A stretch of 64,000 nucleotides of DNA. Source: the human T2T-CHM13v2.0 reference genome, Homo sapiens. The notes below the pieces were generated by a model. The model saw nothing but the letters and a program-made list of their open reading frames with translations, searched no databases and was not told where the DNA came from. The stretch lies in the NCBI RefSeq assembly GCF_009914755.1, contig NC_060928.1. The stretch is one strand, 5' to 3'. The position numbers were made by a program, and so were the translations under genes. Positions 1 to 17,330 of the stretch are shown here, one piece after another (positions within the stretch are counted from its first letter, which is position 1; each line of letters opens with the position of its first letter).

Positions 1-207
1 TCTAGAGAACATCAGACTATTGAAAAAATCTGACTGTAACACTATGCCTCAACTTTTAAAATCATTACCTTTTATATACACAAATTTAAGAGCGTGTAAT
101 ACAATCGTTCAAACTGTTTGCAGACTGATAGGAATATGATAAAAGGATAAAACATAGACTGGAGAGGGACACACCAGGGGAGAGGTAACGTCCGGGCAAG
201 GAGGGAA

Positions 208-386
208 GGAAATATGATCAGGAACCCTTCAAGTATACATTCCTTAAAAAAAAAAAACTCTGCAGGAAATATGATCAGGAACCCTTCAAGTATACATTCC
301 TTAAAAAAAAAAAAGTCTGCGGGAAATATGATCAGGAACCCTTCAAGTATACATTCCTTAAAAAAAAAAAGTCTGCAGGAAATATG
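208..386. repeat. Minisatellite, 3 copies plus 9 bp of a 56-57 bp unit containing an A11-12 tract
   Basis: GGAAATATGATCAGGAACCCTTCAAGTATACATTCCTT(A)n(C/G)TCTGC(A/G) starts at 208, 265 and 322, with a partial copy at 378. Confidence 0.97.
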
Positions 387-1701
387 CAAAATGTTGACAA
401 TTATATCTGAGAGATGAATGCATGAATGTTTGTTCTATTCTTCTCTAGTCTTTTCCAAACAGAAAAGTATCTTGGGGTGGAGTTATAATATTCTCAGGTG
501 AAAACATGCCCAAATGGGGTTTAGGGTTAGGTAAGAAGTGTGAGACGGTAGCAAGAATTCAAATGTTCTGGGTGGTGGCAGGCAGGAAAGGTATTCACAA
601 GGGCCAAAGAGTAGTTCCAGAATCACCTGAAAGGAGGGCAAGGTAGGGCTGCCTAGGGAGACAGTACACTACGGGCACTGTGTGAATGAAAAATACAACA
701 AGGTTCTATTCAAGTAGCTGCTGTTTACTTGGTGATGTGTGACCCCAGAATTCAGCACTGTATACATCAGCTTACTATGAACCAAACTGGCATAAGACGG
801 TTGATTTGTTGCATAAAATGAACCCTTAATCTTAAATACAGAGGAAACCACTAAAATAATGTTAGCAACAGCAATCCTGAACTCAGATTTTGACAGGCCC
901 CAAAAATTGTTATAAAATACATGCTTACCTATAAAAGTAAAAAATTATGTCTGCTCATAATATGACTTTTAAGAGTGAAGTCGGGAATTTATTTTATCTG
1001 GTACACCACAGTAATTTGCTATAAAGCTTTATGAAACAGCTAAAATAATGTTACAGCCAGAAACCAATTGTTGCTAAAATGCATTCAGTTAAAATGGAAA
1101 GTATAGGGAAATAAAACACTGTAATTGTCTCTCAACCCACATTGTATATTATGTTGCTAAATTATATACCATTATATTTTCTACATTTTAATATGCTTTC
1201 CCATAGAGGAACTGATAGCATAAGGAAATGATTCTCTGCTTTTATTTCTGAAGACCTAAATAATATCCCACACATATTTATAAACCAAACAGGGTCTCAG
1301 CCTCTTGTTAGATCCCAAAGCTTATAAAATCTGTTTCACAGAACCATGACATGTAACAGTGCTTGAGTAACACAAACGGTTTTCTGTTCTATTTCTCACT
1401 GTGAGTCAGAATTGTACATCTCATATTTAAAGTGAGCTACAATAATATGAAAAAAATCAAGGTTTTCTTAATTTTAGAAAATCTTTTAATAGCATTTGTA
1501 TAATTCTTACAAATACTGTCTTTGGCCTTGATACTATTTTGTTTAACCTCATCCATCCATTGAATAGTTGGAGCATGTAAAGTAGATATTTCTGCTCCCC
1601 AGAGAAAGGAAAGAAAGCCATGGCCTTGATCCAAATTTAGCAGAATGTTGACAAATCAAATACTAATAAGTAATATGTGTAGTATTTAAATAAAAGATCA
1701 A

Positions 1702-2039
<338 letters not shown>

Positions 2040-3410
2040 TTATACAATAAATCATTACAAGTAATAACGTAGTAAAAAAAAAACCTTTGGAGAAATAAAA
2101 ACTTTATGTATTTCAAGATAGTAAATTTTTTTTCAATACAAAATTAATAACTATTACCAAGTGCTTGGTTTAAACAGAAAGCACCACACCTGAAATCTGG
2201 GGCAATATTTCAAAGACCTGAAAAGAATCTGGTCAGCCAAATCTATTGAACGTACACAGCTTCCAAAATATACTTAAGATCTGACAGGACAAATAGATCC
2301 ATTTACCAAATATTAACAAAGAAGCTTGAATTAGAAGAGATAGACCATGAGTAGAAATTCTAAAGAAACCATTTAACAATCATTTCACATCATATTATCA
2401 TTTCGGGTGTTCTATGAATGTCCTAAAATATGAAATAGAAAAGATAATAATGTGCTTACCCCCCTTTTAAGGTTCAGACTTTACTGAATTCACTATAGGA
2501 AACCAAGTGTCTCTGAAATATTTGCTGTAAGCAAGATTGAAGTTGTGTTTTTCCCACTGCCTTCTAAAGCAGTGATTCGGAACTCTCTCTTAGGGCATTT
2601 GCACTGCACTGTAACTTTTCTCACTGTACCTTTCTTCCACGGCACTTGCACTCACTGAGGGCAGGCATGCTCTGCTGGTCCCCCAGAGCTAGCTCAGCTC
2701 TTACTTACTGCTCTATGAACATGTACTGAACAGAGAGAGAGAACTGGCTACCAAGACTGAGAAGGCAGGTCAAGGAAACATGGTTCTTTCTAAAAAATCT
2801 CAAATTAGAGCTCACTATATCTAAAAAACATAATTTTGACCATTGTAAAAGTATTTTACCAAAATAAAATACTGTAACAGAAGCTGCTTTCTGAGACATG
2901 TACATCTGCGAAAATACATGCATGTTTTCTGGTCCTTTTAAAGTAATGTAAGGCTTTCCCCTTGGTTTTGTGGTGAATGATACACCTCCATAGTATCTTT
3001 CATAGGTAGTCAGCAGCTGCTAATGTTCACAGTTCTCTTCCATTTTTATATATATATCTTTCAGTAGGTAGACATTCAGGTGCTGGTAAAAGGATCATTA
3101 CTAAAATGTATTGTTTCCATACAAGTTTCCTACAAGTGCAAGATCCCTCAGGCTGTAATAAATGCTGAAGTTTTGTTTTTGTTTTTTGAAATATGGAGAA
3201 GGTAGAGTTTCAGGAGACAAAATTAGATTTCCCAGCAATTCACAAATTAATTTCCTTATCTTTGTTTCATCACATGCTTTCCTCACAGAGAAATTGGGAA
3301 GGGAAATGAAATAAATGTGAACGCACCTGACATTTTTTAGTAGGGAAATAAGTTTAAAGTACAGTCATTTTTCAATGATTCACACTAGTCTGTGGGAATA
3401 TTATCCTAAA

Positions 3411-3580
3411 TCAGTGGTTCTTGATGACAGGTGTACATTAGAAGCACGTGCAAAGCTTTGTGAAAATGCTTACACCCAAACTGCGCTTGCCAGCAAATAG
3501 AACTCCAGAGGTCTTGGGTAGATCCCTGAAATGTGCCATTTTAAAAGCTTTGCAAATGATTCTGATTCACAGCCCTGATT
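3411..3580. mobile_element. MER5-like hAT-Charlie MITE, degraded
   Basis: CAGTGGTTCT terminus followed by a MER5-like body (...ttttaaaagctttgcaaatgattctgat). Confidence 0.5.
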
Positions 3581-3957
3581 AATGAGGAGCTGTCACGGGG
3601 CTCAGATACCTTGGGAGCTGGGTGGGGATCTTGCCCAAGTGAATGGGCAGTGGTGGGGACGGTGATGAACTAAAGAAGACACGCCCCACCTAAAGGTGGC
3701 AGCCTACTTAGCTCCAGCTCCTCAGGGACACAGGGATGGAAGCCCGGTATTACCAGGATTTCCATTTTGTTAATAAGAAGACAGAAATCAGGACTCAGCT
3801 TAAGGTAAAACCTCCTGATGCTGAAATGTTGGGTTGTTTTTTAAACATGCCAATGATCACACTGAAGCATTCAGTTTGTGATCCCTGGTCTAGAAAATCA
3901 ACATTATTGAATAATTTTCGCTTCTTGACTGGAATACTCTGAAGGTATGGAATGGTG

Positions 3958-5130
<1,173 letters not shown>

Positions 5131-7935
5131 ATAAACCTCTCTCTCATTCTCAAAGTTTTTAAAATGATAGGTAACCAATGTGTGTGTTGGGATGGGGGAG
5201 GTGAGAGTAACAGTAGAAAAAAAAATAGGATATGTACTTAAATACACACGTGTGTGTATGTGTGGAGAGAGGAAATGTTTTCCCACTAGTTACTTAAAAT
5301 ATTGTTTTACATCAAAATAAATATTAATTAGTATGTATAGACTCTAAATTGGCATTAATTTTTAAGAAAGAACATACAACTTCAAAGAAATGTTACTCTT
5401 ATGGCTTGTGATTTAGGGCTCTGCCCCTAAATCCTCTAGAATATGGACTTTTTTGGGGCAGCAATGAGATAAGCCATCTAGATGAATCCTCACTCTGGGT
5501 TCTGGAAACATGGCATCAGTTAAAGTTCCCAATAAGGTGGGGATCACGGCAACACGGAGTCATAGTTACAACTGTACCACAAGGGTTATCCTAACCTGAA
5601 CAGATGCACTTCTCAAAAGAAAAGGACTGAAGCAAATGGCAGAAAAATTAAGTAAAATAGACTTCTGTGATTGAAGCAGATAATACCAAATGTGTGTGCT
5701 AAACGTGTTCATACACAGATACCAAGTCAGGCTATTAGAGCTTATTTGCTCTCATTGTACATAATATTGAACCATACTCAATGAAATATTCCAAACTCAT
5801 GACAGAGTAAGAAGGTATGTTATGTTATGTTGAGCTATACAAGCCAGACAAGATAACAGCCCCAAAGCAGGTAGCAGTAACAGCAGTCTGGTGTTATTAT
5901 GATGGCAAAGAACACTAAATATATCAGCTGATCCTAAGGGGCACCATATTTTGTCATAATGGTTTCATTCATTCAAGTAAAATGATTGACCATGTGTTGT
6001 GCTGGATGTGCCGGGAATTTAAAAATGTTAATCCTGCCCTCAGTATACTTACAGGCAGCTAGAGGTGGAAGCTATACTTGGGACAAGGCATTCCACTATG
6101 CTTACAAAAGCAACTAAGCTCCCAGAGAGCTTAAAATAAACCATAGTGTGATCATTCATCAAGGAAAGGTTTTGGTCAGTACCATCTATTTAAGAAGACA
6201 GGAAAATGGGCAATTTATTTTAGACAGATTTCTATTCCAAATGTCTAAAACAAAATAGTCTTGAATTTTAAGCAAATGCTCAGCTCTCTGGAATAATCCC
6301 AACACCAAAGTTGTACTGAACCTATCATATGCAATATTTCATGATACATCACATAAATATAAAGCAGCACATAAATTTCATATATAAACAGACTAAAAAT
6401 TCATATGTTAGTACTTACGAGTAATAAAACTTGAAATAGTTGTGTTTTCCCTGGGGCAAAGTTTCTTCACTTCATCCATTAAAATTTCAAGGCAATTTGA
6501 GAAAAATTTATATCCAACCATTCTGTACATGTCTAAATTACCATCAACTTTTTATAACAAAGCACCTCTTGTTAACAAAGACTTTAGAAAGGTAACTGAA
6601 GCTTTACTTGAATGTTTTAATTGCAAAAGCAATAAATATTTATTTTCCTTCTATAGTCAACCAAATAAGCTGAGGAGAAGAGTTTCATTAAACTATGAAA
6701 AACAAGCACAACCTTCATACCATGACTTGGGATGTTTTTCAACCTGAATAATAATATAGGGACAAAAATGTATGAGTCCCTGAAAACAGGTTCCTATAAA
6801 GTTCCTTAATTCATTTAAAAATCACACAACAGACCATTTTAATGTATTTCATGAAGTAAAATGATTAGCTGAAAACATTACACTCTAATAAACTCTGAAT
6901 AATTCTAAAGCAATTTTGAATTATTTCATTAACTTACTAAACTTTTCTTTACACAGTAAGTATATTACCAAAGGGAACTTGGTTCTCTCCAATCCCTACT
7001 TCTGCATATAAAGGACAACTAAATTTATAGAAGTTGATGTTTTGCTCATTTTTTTTTTAAAGATCTAAGAACCCTTCTTTTTCATGGATTATAAGACTAA
7101 GTATTAAACATTAACTTGTACAAATGTTCTCTGGAAAAATCAAATTTGCCAGAGGAACCCTATTGAAATTTGAAGTGTAAATAGCTACTTAGGCATTATA
7201 CACCATGGATTATATACAACAGCTGCTTTCACTCAACATCCTTTCTGGGTCCCCATGATGGGAAATGTGGCCAGCAAAGACCAGCCCCCACCATTTCCCC
7301 GTGACCTGCTGTTCTGACCACCAGGGAGGGCCCAGCAACCCTGAGGGGGAGGGTGGCCTCACTCCTGACACCAAGGCCTCTGCCTGGGATGTAGACCTGG
7401 GTGAGCCATGGGCTTTCATCTTGACTGTCCTTTCATCGTGGCTGACTGTCCTTCAGGCAGCCTTGTGCAGTGAAAATAGGAAAGTGTCTGGAGCCAGAGT
7501 CCTGGGTTTTAATTCTAGCTCTAGTGCCTAAGAACTATGAGGCCTTTGGCCAGTCAGATAATCTCTGTGCTGTGGATAAAATACACAGAGCCACCAATCT
7601 CTCAGACGGGAATCCTGCCAAAATGTATTATCACACCTTTAGCAAACACACACACAAAGTAACAAAAAGTCTTTCCTTATTGTTATTCTTCATTTTACTT
7701 GATAGCATTCTCATAATTCATTAACAATTCTAATACAAAAAACTCCTTTCCTTTTCCTAATCCCCTAAGCACCTTATTTCAATTTTTTAATTGAAGGAAT
7801 TCTTATAAATGTGAATAGTTCTTCTGCTCTAAACTGAGAGTGAGCAGCTCATCATACATACAGCTAGAGCTCAAAAATGGAAGCTGTCGCCTAAACTTCT
7901 TTTGGTTTTCAATAAACCTAAAATATCTGGGATAC

Positions 7936-8388
7936 TGTATTCATTTCCCAGGGCTGACATAAAGTACCATACACGCATTTATTTAGTGGCTTAAGACAAC
8001 AGAAATTTATTCTCACACAGTTCTGGAGGCCAGAAGTTCAAAATCCAGTTGTCTGCAGAGCCACACTCCCTCTGAAGGCTCTGGGGGAGACCTTCCTTGC
8101 CTCTTCCAGTTTCTGCTGGCTCCTCCCATTCCTTGGCTTAACTTCAGTCTCTGCCTCCATTGTCATATGGTTTCCCCTGTGTTTCTCTATCTCAAATTTC
8201 CCTTTCCTTTCTCTTATAAAGACACCAGCTATTGGATTTAGAGCCCATTCTAAATTCAGGATTCCCTCATCCTGAGACCCTTAATTTAATTACATGTGCA
8301 AAAACCCTACTTCCAAATAAGGTCACATTCACAGATACCAGTAGGATGTGATCGTATCTTTTTAGGAGATGCTACTTAACCCACTACA
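7936..8388 (-). mobile_element. MLT1A-C-type MaLR solo LTR
   Basis: tgtatt...gtggcttaagacaacagaaatttattctcacacagttctggaggccagaag...ccaaataaggtcacattcacag...acccactaca. Confidence 0.85.
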
Positions 8389-8689
8389 GGTGTTGCTCAC
8401 AAAAGCTGCATAATTAATTCTCTAACAAGTTCAGGTTAACCTAGAATATTTTAACTCCAGGTCAGCTTTTGCAAATCAAGTAAGTATGAGAAATTGAGGG
8501 CAGTACATTCTTTTGATCAGTGTACCCTCAAAGTATCCAAGTAGATATATAAAATATCACTTCTGTGAAACCACTGGGGTGTAATTTTATTTGTAGTATG
8601 TGTATTTCTATACAATAATCTTGAATTTGTATACCACCTTAACTCACATTTTATAATCTCAGATAAGAAACTAAGGTATAAGTATCCCA

Positions 8690-9150
8690 AATTCATAAAT
8701 GAGAAAACAGATTCAAAAGTAATTTGCCCAAGACCACACAGCACAGAAAGGTGCTGGGGACAGAGTTCAAACTCCTGATTAATTTATTCAAAGACATTTA
8801 CTGAATGCTCCGTATGTAAGACATATAAATCTGTAAACATAACAGATTACCCCTACCCTCATGGAGCTTACATTCTAGTAGAGACAAGAAGTTAAGAAAT
8901 TAAAAATAATTACCAATTGTAATGCACTAAAAAAGAAGTACCCTGGGTAGTGAGATAAAGAGTAACGATTGTGTACATGTGCATGCGCATGTTTGTGTTT
9001 GAATGAGAGCGAGGGGTTCAGAGAGTGTGTTTGGGGAAGGCCTCTTAAGGAGTAATTGGTGAGCCATAGCCTGAGGAAGAAGCAAAGCAGTCATAAAAAC
9101 ACTGGAAGAATATTTTAGGAAAAGTGAACAAGTGCATATTTAGGATGGCA
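8690..9150 (-). mobile_element. MIR fragment followed by an L2 3' fragment
   Basis: MIR-like aatgagaaaacagattcaaaagtaatttgcccaagaccacacagc, then L2-like atttattcaaagacatttactgaatgc...ccctaccctcatggagcttacattctag. Confidence 0.65.
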
Positions 9151-9796
9151 CAGACAAGACTCTTTGTAAACTATGTCCTGGTTATCCCTCCAGGGTCATT
9201 TCTCACCATTCTGCCCAACTTAAATTCTTCAGCCATCCATTTAGCATTGCTTTGCATCCCTTAAAACAGTGGCCTCTTGCCTCTGGCCTTTGTGTTAACT
9301 GTCTCAGTAGGCCTGCTTGTACTCAGACTCCAGAGATTGCATTCTGCTTCCATATATAGTAAACATTCTCTACACTTGCATGAATGTCATGATTGCATTA
9401 AAATGGCAACATAATATTCCACTGAATACTGTCATAATTTACTATATTATCATTCACATACTTTTAAATACTTAACATTGTTTTTCTATATTAATTATAT
9501 ATAATACACTACATATTAAATGACATACATATAGTGTATTATATATAATTAATAAGAACATAATTTTTCAAAACACTACATAATGATAAAACAAATATCT
9601 TCATTATGGCAAACTTTTAATTCCTGGAAGGGTTATCCATATCGAATTTTCAAAATGAAATACTAAGAGAAAATAAAATAATTTTAACCTTAGTTTGGAA
9701 AATAAAAATTTTCAAGATTAGCATATTTCAAAAAAAATTTATACACCTTACATAAACAAACACTACTCTCCATCATCGACAAAGTTTCTATATATA

Positions 9797-9837
9797 CAGA
9801 CACACACACACACACACACACACATACATATATACAC
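9797..9837. repeat. (CA)n/(TA)n microsatellite
   Basis: cagacacacacacacacacacacacacatacatatataca. Confidence 0.9.
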
Positions 9838-10612
9838 AAACTCACCAATCACAGATATTAATATTTTAGGCATCCTTCCATGGCTTTTTATTCCTGATTA
9901 ATAATCCTAAAAAGCTTACTTTACTCAAGCCCATGGACAATCAACCCAGATATGAGTGCTAACACACACTAGGTTAGAACTGTAAATCTGGCACAGCTCA
10001 CTGTGTGGCTATTGGAATACAGATGCAAACCATAAACTTTTCTACTTTAATGTCTTCCAAAAACATCAATGAACGGTGATTTAACAGTGATTTAGAATGC
10101 AGCTTCTTTCAACTTATCTTAATTTGTCAAGAAACTCTTTGTATTTTAAGCCATACAATTTAAAACGTTTTATGTCTCTCTGTGTAAAGGAGAATTATAC
10201 TGGCATTTGTCAGAAACTGACGCTTTTTCAAGCATCAAGGAATTCTTTGTAGCCCAATAGTCTGGGATTTGATTAAATGTCCAGGTCTACTGTTTTCACA
10301 TTCTTAAAGCAAATATCAAAAATTCAAAAACCTTCAAGGGCTGAGCTAGCAGTGTATCTACATGAAGTGGGGAGCTGGGTTGGAAACACAATTAGACTGT
10401 TCTCTAGACTGCCTTCTACTTACAGTAATGTATACTAATAGTTGTGGCTTGGGAAGTAGACATTAGCTCTGTTTAAAACCTAACAAAGTCAGAAAGCCAG
10501 CCTTGATTTTTTGCTCTTGGAGATTGTTCCCAATCCATAAGAGAGTAAGAGATCCAATCTTATATTTTCATACATATATATAGAGAGAGTTTACATTATT
10601 TTTAAAGACTGT

Positions 10613-10912
10613 GGCCAGGCACGGTGGCTCACACCTATAATCCCAGCACTTTGGGAGGCTGAGGCGGGCGGATCATAAGGTCAGGAGTTCGAGACCAGCC
10701 TAGCCAACACAGTGAAAACCCATCTCTACTAAAAATACAAAAATTAGCCAGGCATTGGGATGCATGCCTGTAGTCCCAGCTACTCGGGAGAATAGGCAGG
10801 AGAACTGCATGAACCTGGGAGGCGGAGGTTGTGGTGAGCTGAGATCCATGCCACTGCACTCCAGCCTGGGCGACTGAGTGAGACTCCGTCTCAAAAAAAA
10901 AAAAAAAAAAAA
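10613..10912 (+). mobile_element. Alu, AluSg/Sc-like, full length
   Basis: GGCCAGGCACGGTGGCTCAC start, GGATCATAAGGTCAGGAGTTCGAG (short variant) and an A20 tail. Confidence 0.97.
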
Positions 10913-11389
10913 GAGAGAGACTGCTTTGGTGTAGAAATACAAGATAAATTTGCTTTAGCAATTAACACAGAATTTTGGGTTCCTCTATTCTGTGATTTGG
11001 GGAATCTCCATCCCATAACATCATGTTGCATACCCTAAATACATAGAATTATATTGTATACATTTAATGTGAATGTCTAATATCACACTTTATTGCCTAC
11101 CAAGTATTATTTACTGAGCTACTAATAACAACATCAAACACCGTGAGTATTCACTATGTTCCAGGTGCTGGTCAGATGTTTTACACATTACTTCATTTAA
11201 TTCCCACAACAAATTCACCAAGTAGGCATTATAATCACCATGGTGGCAACACACTGGTGAGACTCACAGTATACCCACCATGTGAACCAACTAGATGAGA
11301 AAATACATCTCTCTCTTTCATTGCATCTACTATGTGGAATCATCCTCACATGGTGCTTACCATCTGATGCGGAAGCATGGCAGAGGCTG

Positions 11390-12110
<721 letters not shown>

Positions 12111-15100
12111 TAACTGTAAATACTTTAAAGGGCTAAATTAAGCAGAAAAATTGTGGTACATGATCTTCAGTATGGAAGTACCCAGATTGTAGGTTCCACA
12201 ATGGGGCTCTGGTGTCAGGCCATGTACAGGTTTTTAATCTTAGCCCAACGGTGTGGTCAGTGTTATATTACAGTAACAAGCCTCACGGACAGTAGACAGA
12301 CATAACAATTACCTTCTAGGCTTTGAATTCTTAGCAATAAACTGCCAGATCAAATTATGTTTCAGTAATTATTCTGAACTAGGAAAAACTGGAAGTAGGG
12401 GAAGGAGGAGAAGCTAATCAAGGTGAAGCACTTAATACCAAAGACACTCAATAATTAATAAGGAAAACATCAGCAACTACAACTGTACTGTAGGCAGAGG
12501 ATATAATGAAATATCTGACCCAGATATGTCTTGTTATATTCAAATCAAGCTGGTATTTACTGAGTTTCAGGTTTACTGTAAGACATAATTTCACACAAAG
12601 TATCTGGGAGTGAAATACTTCAGGGACTGGTATAGAGACTGATGAAGAGTCACTGGGCTCCTCTTCGGTATGAATTGCTAAATTCACAGTTAGAACATGT
12701 CTTCGATATTTATATTATTTTTGTATATGAACACAACAATCGCTATATAAGTCCTTGAGGTAAGGAACTTCAATATCTTCATTTCAATATCCCTAGTACC
12801 TATGTAGCAAATGATAGGCATTCAATAAATATTATATGAGGCAAGAAATGCCTCAATTTTATTTAAAAGTCTTCAGCATTAAGATTAAAACATACACATA
12901 CAATGGAAAGCAAAACAAGCTTAAAAGACACTCCCACCTGACATGAAAATAAGTCCAAAATATATTATTAAATTTAAAATGGCAAGCTGTAAACAAGTAA
13001 ATTTATAGAAAAGTCTTAAAGGATACACAATAGTGGTTCCTTTGGTTTTGAGGGTGTCTTTTTTTGTAATGAGGAGCAATAGGAAACTTTTTAGTTTACA
13101 TAAAATTCTATGTATTTCAAATATGCATATATATTTGTATGTGTATATATACATATACACATTCATACACATTTTTAAACACAGATTCTATAAGGCACTT
13201 AAAATAATTGTTTAAATTACCTGATGAAAGTGTATTACCCAAATAGTCTAATTTAAAAAATGAAATTACAAAAATAGTCTACAGTATAAAATCCTTACAT
13301 TTCCCCTCATATTACTATAAAGCTTCAATTTTATGTTTCAATAAATTACTACTTGAGATCCAAACACATATTGGATGCTGAAAAGGAAAAAGAAGGAGTT
13401 CTCTCTATTCCACTAGCCCTTAATTTTTTACACTTTGTTATGGTCTGCTTTCCATTTGCTGGGTAATATCTTTATTACAGACTAAATCCCTCATGGCTTC
13501 AAAAGGAAATTTTCCATTAGAAAGTAGTCAAGTGTTGAAAGGAAGGTGATCAAGCCCATAGAAAAATACAAGTTTAGGGAAATGTTCTATTTTCTAATGA
13601 CAGGGAGAAAAATATCTATTTCAATGCCTGCCCTCTCTACATAATGTAACTTGATTTTATTTCTGAATATTTTTTACAGATTGCTCCCATGCTTCAGAAA
13701 ATACATTTCTATGCAGAGCCAGATACTGATTTTAAAATAAGGCAATAATATTAAGACAACCTTTTTCTTATGTTAGATTTGATCACAGTAATTTGCAATT
13801 TTAAATGTCCTAAATAATATAAAGAGGAAAGTAAGTACCAGTGTAGAAGTTCAAGATTCTAAAAATTATGAGCACTTTTTCACATTTCCTCTGATAACTA
13901 GTTTATGTTTTAAATGAAGGTATGTTTTTGGAAGTAATACCAAAAGTTTTCAAGTTCCCATTTATGTACTTTCTATTTTAAACATACTAGGAGAACTTGG
14001 ATACCTAGAGATGGCAGTGATAATTTGTTAAATATGTAAAATTTCACCTTCCACAACAAATGTTACATATGTTATTTGCCTTTTCTTTTTGATAGGTATT
14101 ATCCCCATTTCTTGGATAAGGAATCTAACATGTCATAAGTTACACATTTTGCTCAGACAGAGAATCAAGTCATATTTTGAACTCAGATGTATCTGAGTTT
14201 AAAAGTCTGCTCTTCTGATGCTTTTTATTTGGAACTATTTTGTAAAGTAAAAATTCATGTCCAAGTTGGCTTCATTTCATTTCATAGATCAGGCTTAAAG
14301 CCTGGCACACCTGCATAAAATAACTGAAAACTCCAGTTTGAAAAACATTTCAAAACTGAAATTATTCACTGATTATTTATATTAGATAATATTTTTTGTT
14401 AGAACAGGATTCACTTAAAAGAAGTGTTCATCTGAATAAACTTGAATTATGACATGTGGAACAAAAGAAGAATAAAAATACATTTATTAATTAAATGTGG
14501 TACACTAATAGTCAAAATTTTGTTACAGGTCAAAGACCATTCTAAGGTTTCCAGAGTCTTTATTGTGTTGTTTGTTTTTTGGGGGGAGTCTAGAGCAGGG
14601 ACACGTTATCTGTGCACAAAAATGCAAACAAAATATTTTAGGTCTCCTCATAAGCATAAGTATAATGCTAGTGTAATGCTCTGTTAATTTCAAGCAATCA
14701 CTTCCCAGCACTTATGATCTACCATCTCATTTAGAAATTAAAATTCAAACTAATAAACATGGATCTTGATGAATTTTTTGGAAGCAAAATGATAAAATGA
14801 TTTTAAAACATAATATCAAAGCACAAGAAAACAATAAAAAAGGAGGAAATGTACTTAGGGGCATACTTTCGGCAATGATGAAAATCTATGTAATGTTTTT
14901 AATTTACATTCACAATTTATTTGTAATATTTGCCTCTGAGAATGTTACCTGAAGGAAAAAATTATAATCAAATTTAACTGACTTAAAATAACCAGAAATA
15001 AAAGCATAAATTTAGGAGAATCTTCAAAGCTTATAAACTTCAATGCATGTGGAGAATTAGATGGTTCCAAACTCATGTATTAGATGTTTACCAAATTATG

Positions 15101-15971
15101 TCAGTATACAAAGTTACTGAACTATTAAATTTCAAATACTTTATATTCTTGAAGATTAATTTCTAGAAAGATTTTGGTGTTAAAATTGTCTTCTGCTCAC
15201 ATAACATCCAAAAAATCCAAAATAAACTTATTTTTCTTAAAGAAGAGCCAATCGATGGAAATAGATCATAACAATGACAATTTGACATGTTATATGTCTT
15301 TGTATAGAAAGATACACTAGTCTCACCATAGGGCTACACAAAAAGAGCATTGGACATAGCCATAACCCTTTTCTCTCCAACTCTCAAGGGTAAAGATATC
15401 TTGCAAATATTTTGCCAACTATGCAGATGTGCAGCATGTGTACACACACATCTCTTTCTCACACATTCCCAAGCTGGGACTAGGAAAGGGACAGTAGGTT
15501 CAAGGCATACCTGTCCACCACCAGGACCACATCACCTCTTGTTATATCCACACGACACTTGTAGGGAACGCACAAAGACTTTGCTTCTCCCTAGGGAAGG
15601 ATTTCACTTTTGAAAGTTACCAAGTTGAAAAAAATTCCACTGCAACAAGGAGTAAAGAAGACTCCTTGAACTACTTATACCTGAGTTTTACCCACACTAA
15701 GAACTGGCCTATTTCCAGCCACGTTTGAGTGCTTTATACTGATAAAAACTTGAGAGACCTTTGGAATTTCAAAGCACTTTACAAAATGTAACCTCTCAGG
15801 GGAAGTTAGAGAAAATCTCCAAAGGGAAGTAACTGCTTCATACGCAAAGGGCAGGTGAACTGCTGTGGGGGACTCAGAGTCTGTCTGACGCACAGGTGCA
15901 GTGTCACTGGCCTTGCTGGCCTTGCCACTATTCTCCAACTCAGACTTCCTAAGTCTCAGTAAGGAGAGTCA

Positions 15972-16343
<372 letters not shown>

Positions 16344-17119
16344 CTAGAAGGGAGGAGAGTTAAACAAGTAATAATAAAATAGCAGTACTAATAATAACAA
16401 TATTAAAAATATACACATTTTGATGGAGAAATATGAAGAGTGGTAAGTATAGAGAAGGGGAATTTAAGGTCAGAGTTTGGAATGCCTTCTGGATGGAGCA
16501 GTTTAAGCTGATCCCTGGAGTTCTAGCCGATAGGACGCAGACGTGAGCAAGGACGTTGTGGTGGTTAGGAGGTATGGAAAGATAATTACCCCAGGCAGAG
16601 AAAACTACCCACAAGTGAGAGTATATACATACTGCTGGAAAACCTGAAGAAATTAAGCCCACTTGGAACTAAGTTGTGAGAGAGGAGGTAAGAGATGAGA
16701 CAAAGAGCTCCTCAGAGCCAGGCCAGGGTCTTGCAGGCCATATTACAAGTCTGGTCTTTTTATCCTAAGAGAAATAGGAGGCCGGTAAAAGCTTTAACTA
16801 AGAATCTGACTGATAGGATCCTAAATATTTACATTTAGGAGTTTTCAAATACTAAACTCTAAGAATGTTAACATAAAACAATTCATTGCTGTCCAAGATA
16901 ATTATTAAGAAAAAATCTGTTTCAATTTCTTAACCATCAGAATGTGTGGCCTAGAAAACGCAAAGTCCAGGATCAGTGTTAAAGTCTGACAGTCAATAGT
17001 TTCAGTGAGATGTGAATTTAAGCTGCGTAATTATTGGACTTACATGTTTTAGCCTAAGAAAATGTAACAGCAAGTATTAAAAATATGTCTTAATTAAATC
17101 ATGACAACCATTTGCAAAG

Positions 17120-17330
17120 AGTTAACGTTTACAGAAGTGCCAGGCACTGCGCTAAATGTATCTGTGGGTATTATTCATTTACTCTTCACAACTACCGAGT
17201 AAATTAAGCATATTATTACAAATGGAGAAACTGAGGCTTATAGAAATTAATAACTTTTCCAAGATCAATACTAACAACTGTCCAGAGCCAGAATTCAAAC
17301 CCAAGCAGTGTAATTTCAATCCAGTCACTA
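17120..17330 (-). mobile_element. MIR
   Basis: gtgccaggcactgcgctaa...ttacaaatggagaaactgaggct...taacttttccaagatca...gagccagaattcaaacccaag. Confidence 0.8.

Noticed and set aside
72-417. ORFs with a repeated 19-aa unit, and a CRISPR-like look
   Set aside because: These are a by-product of the 57-bp (3n) minisatellite. There are no unique spacers or cas genes, and the context is a eukaryotic intron.
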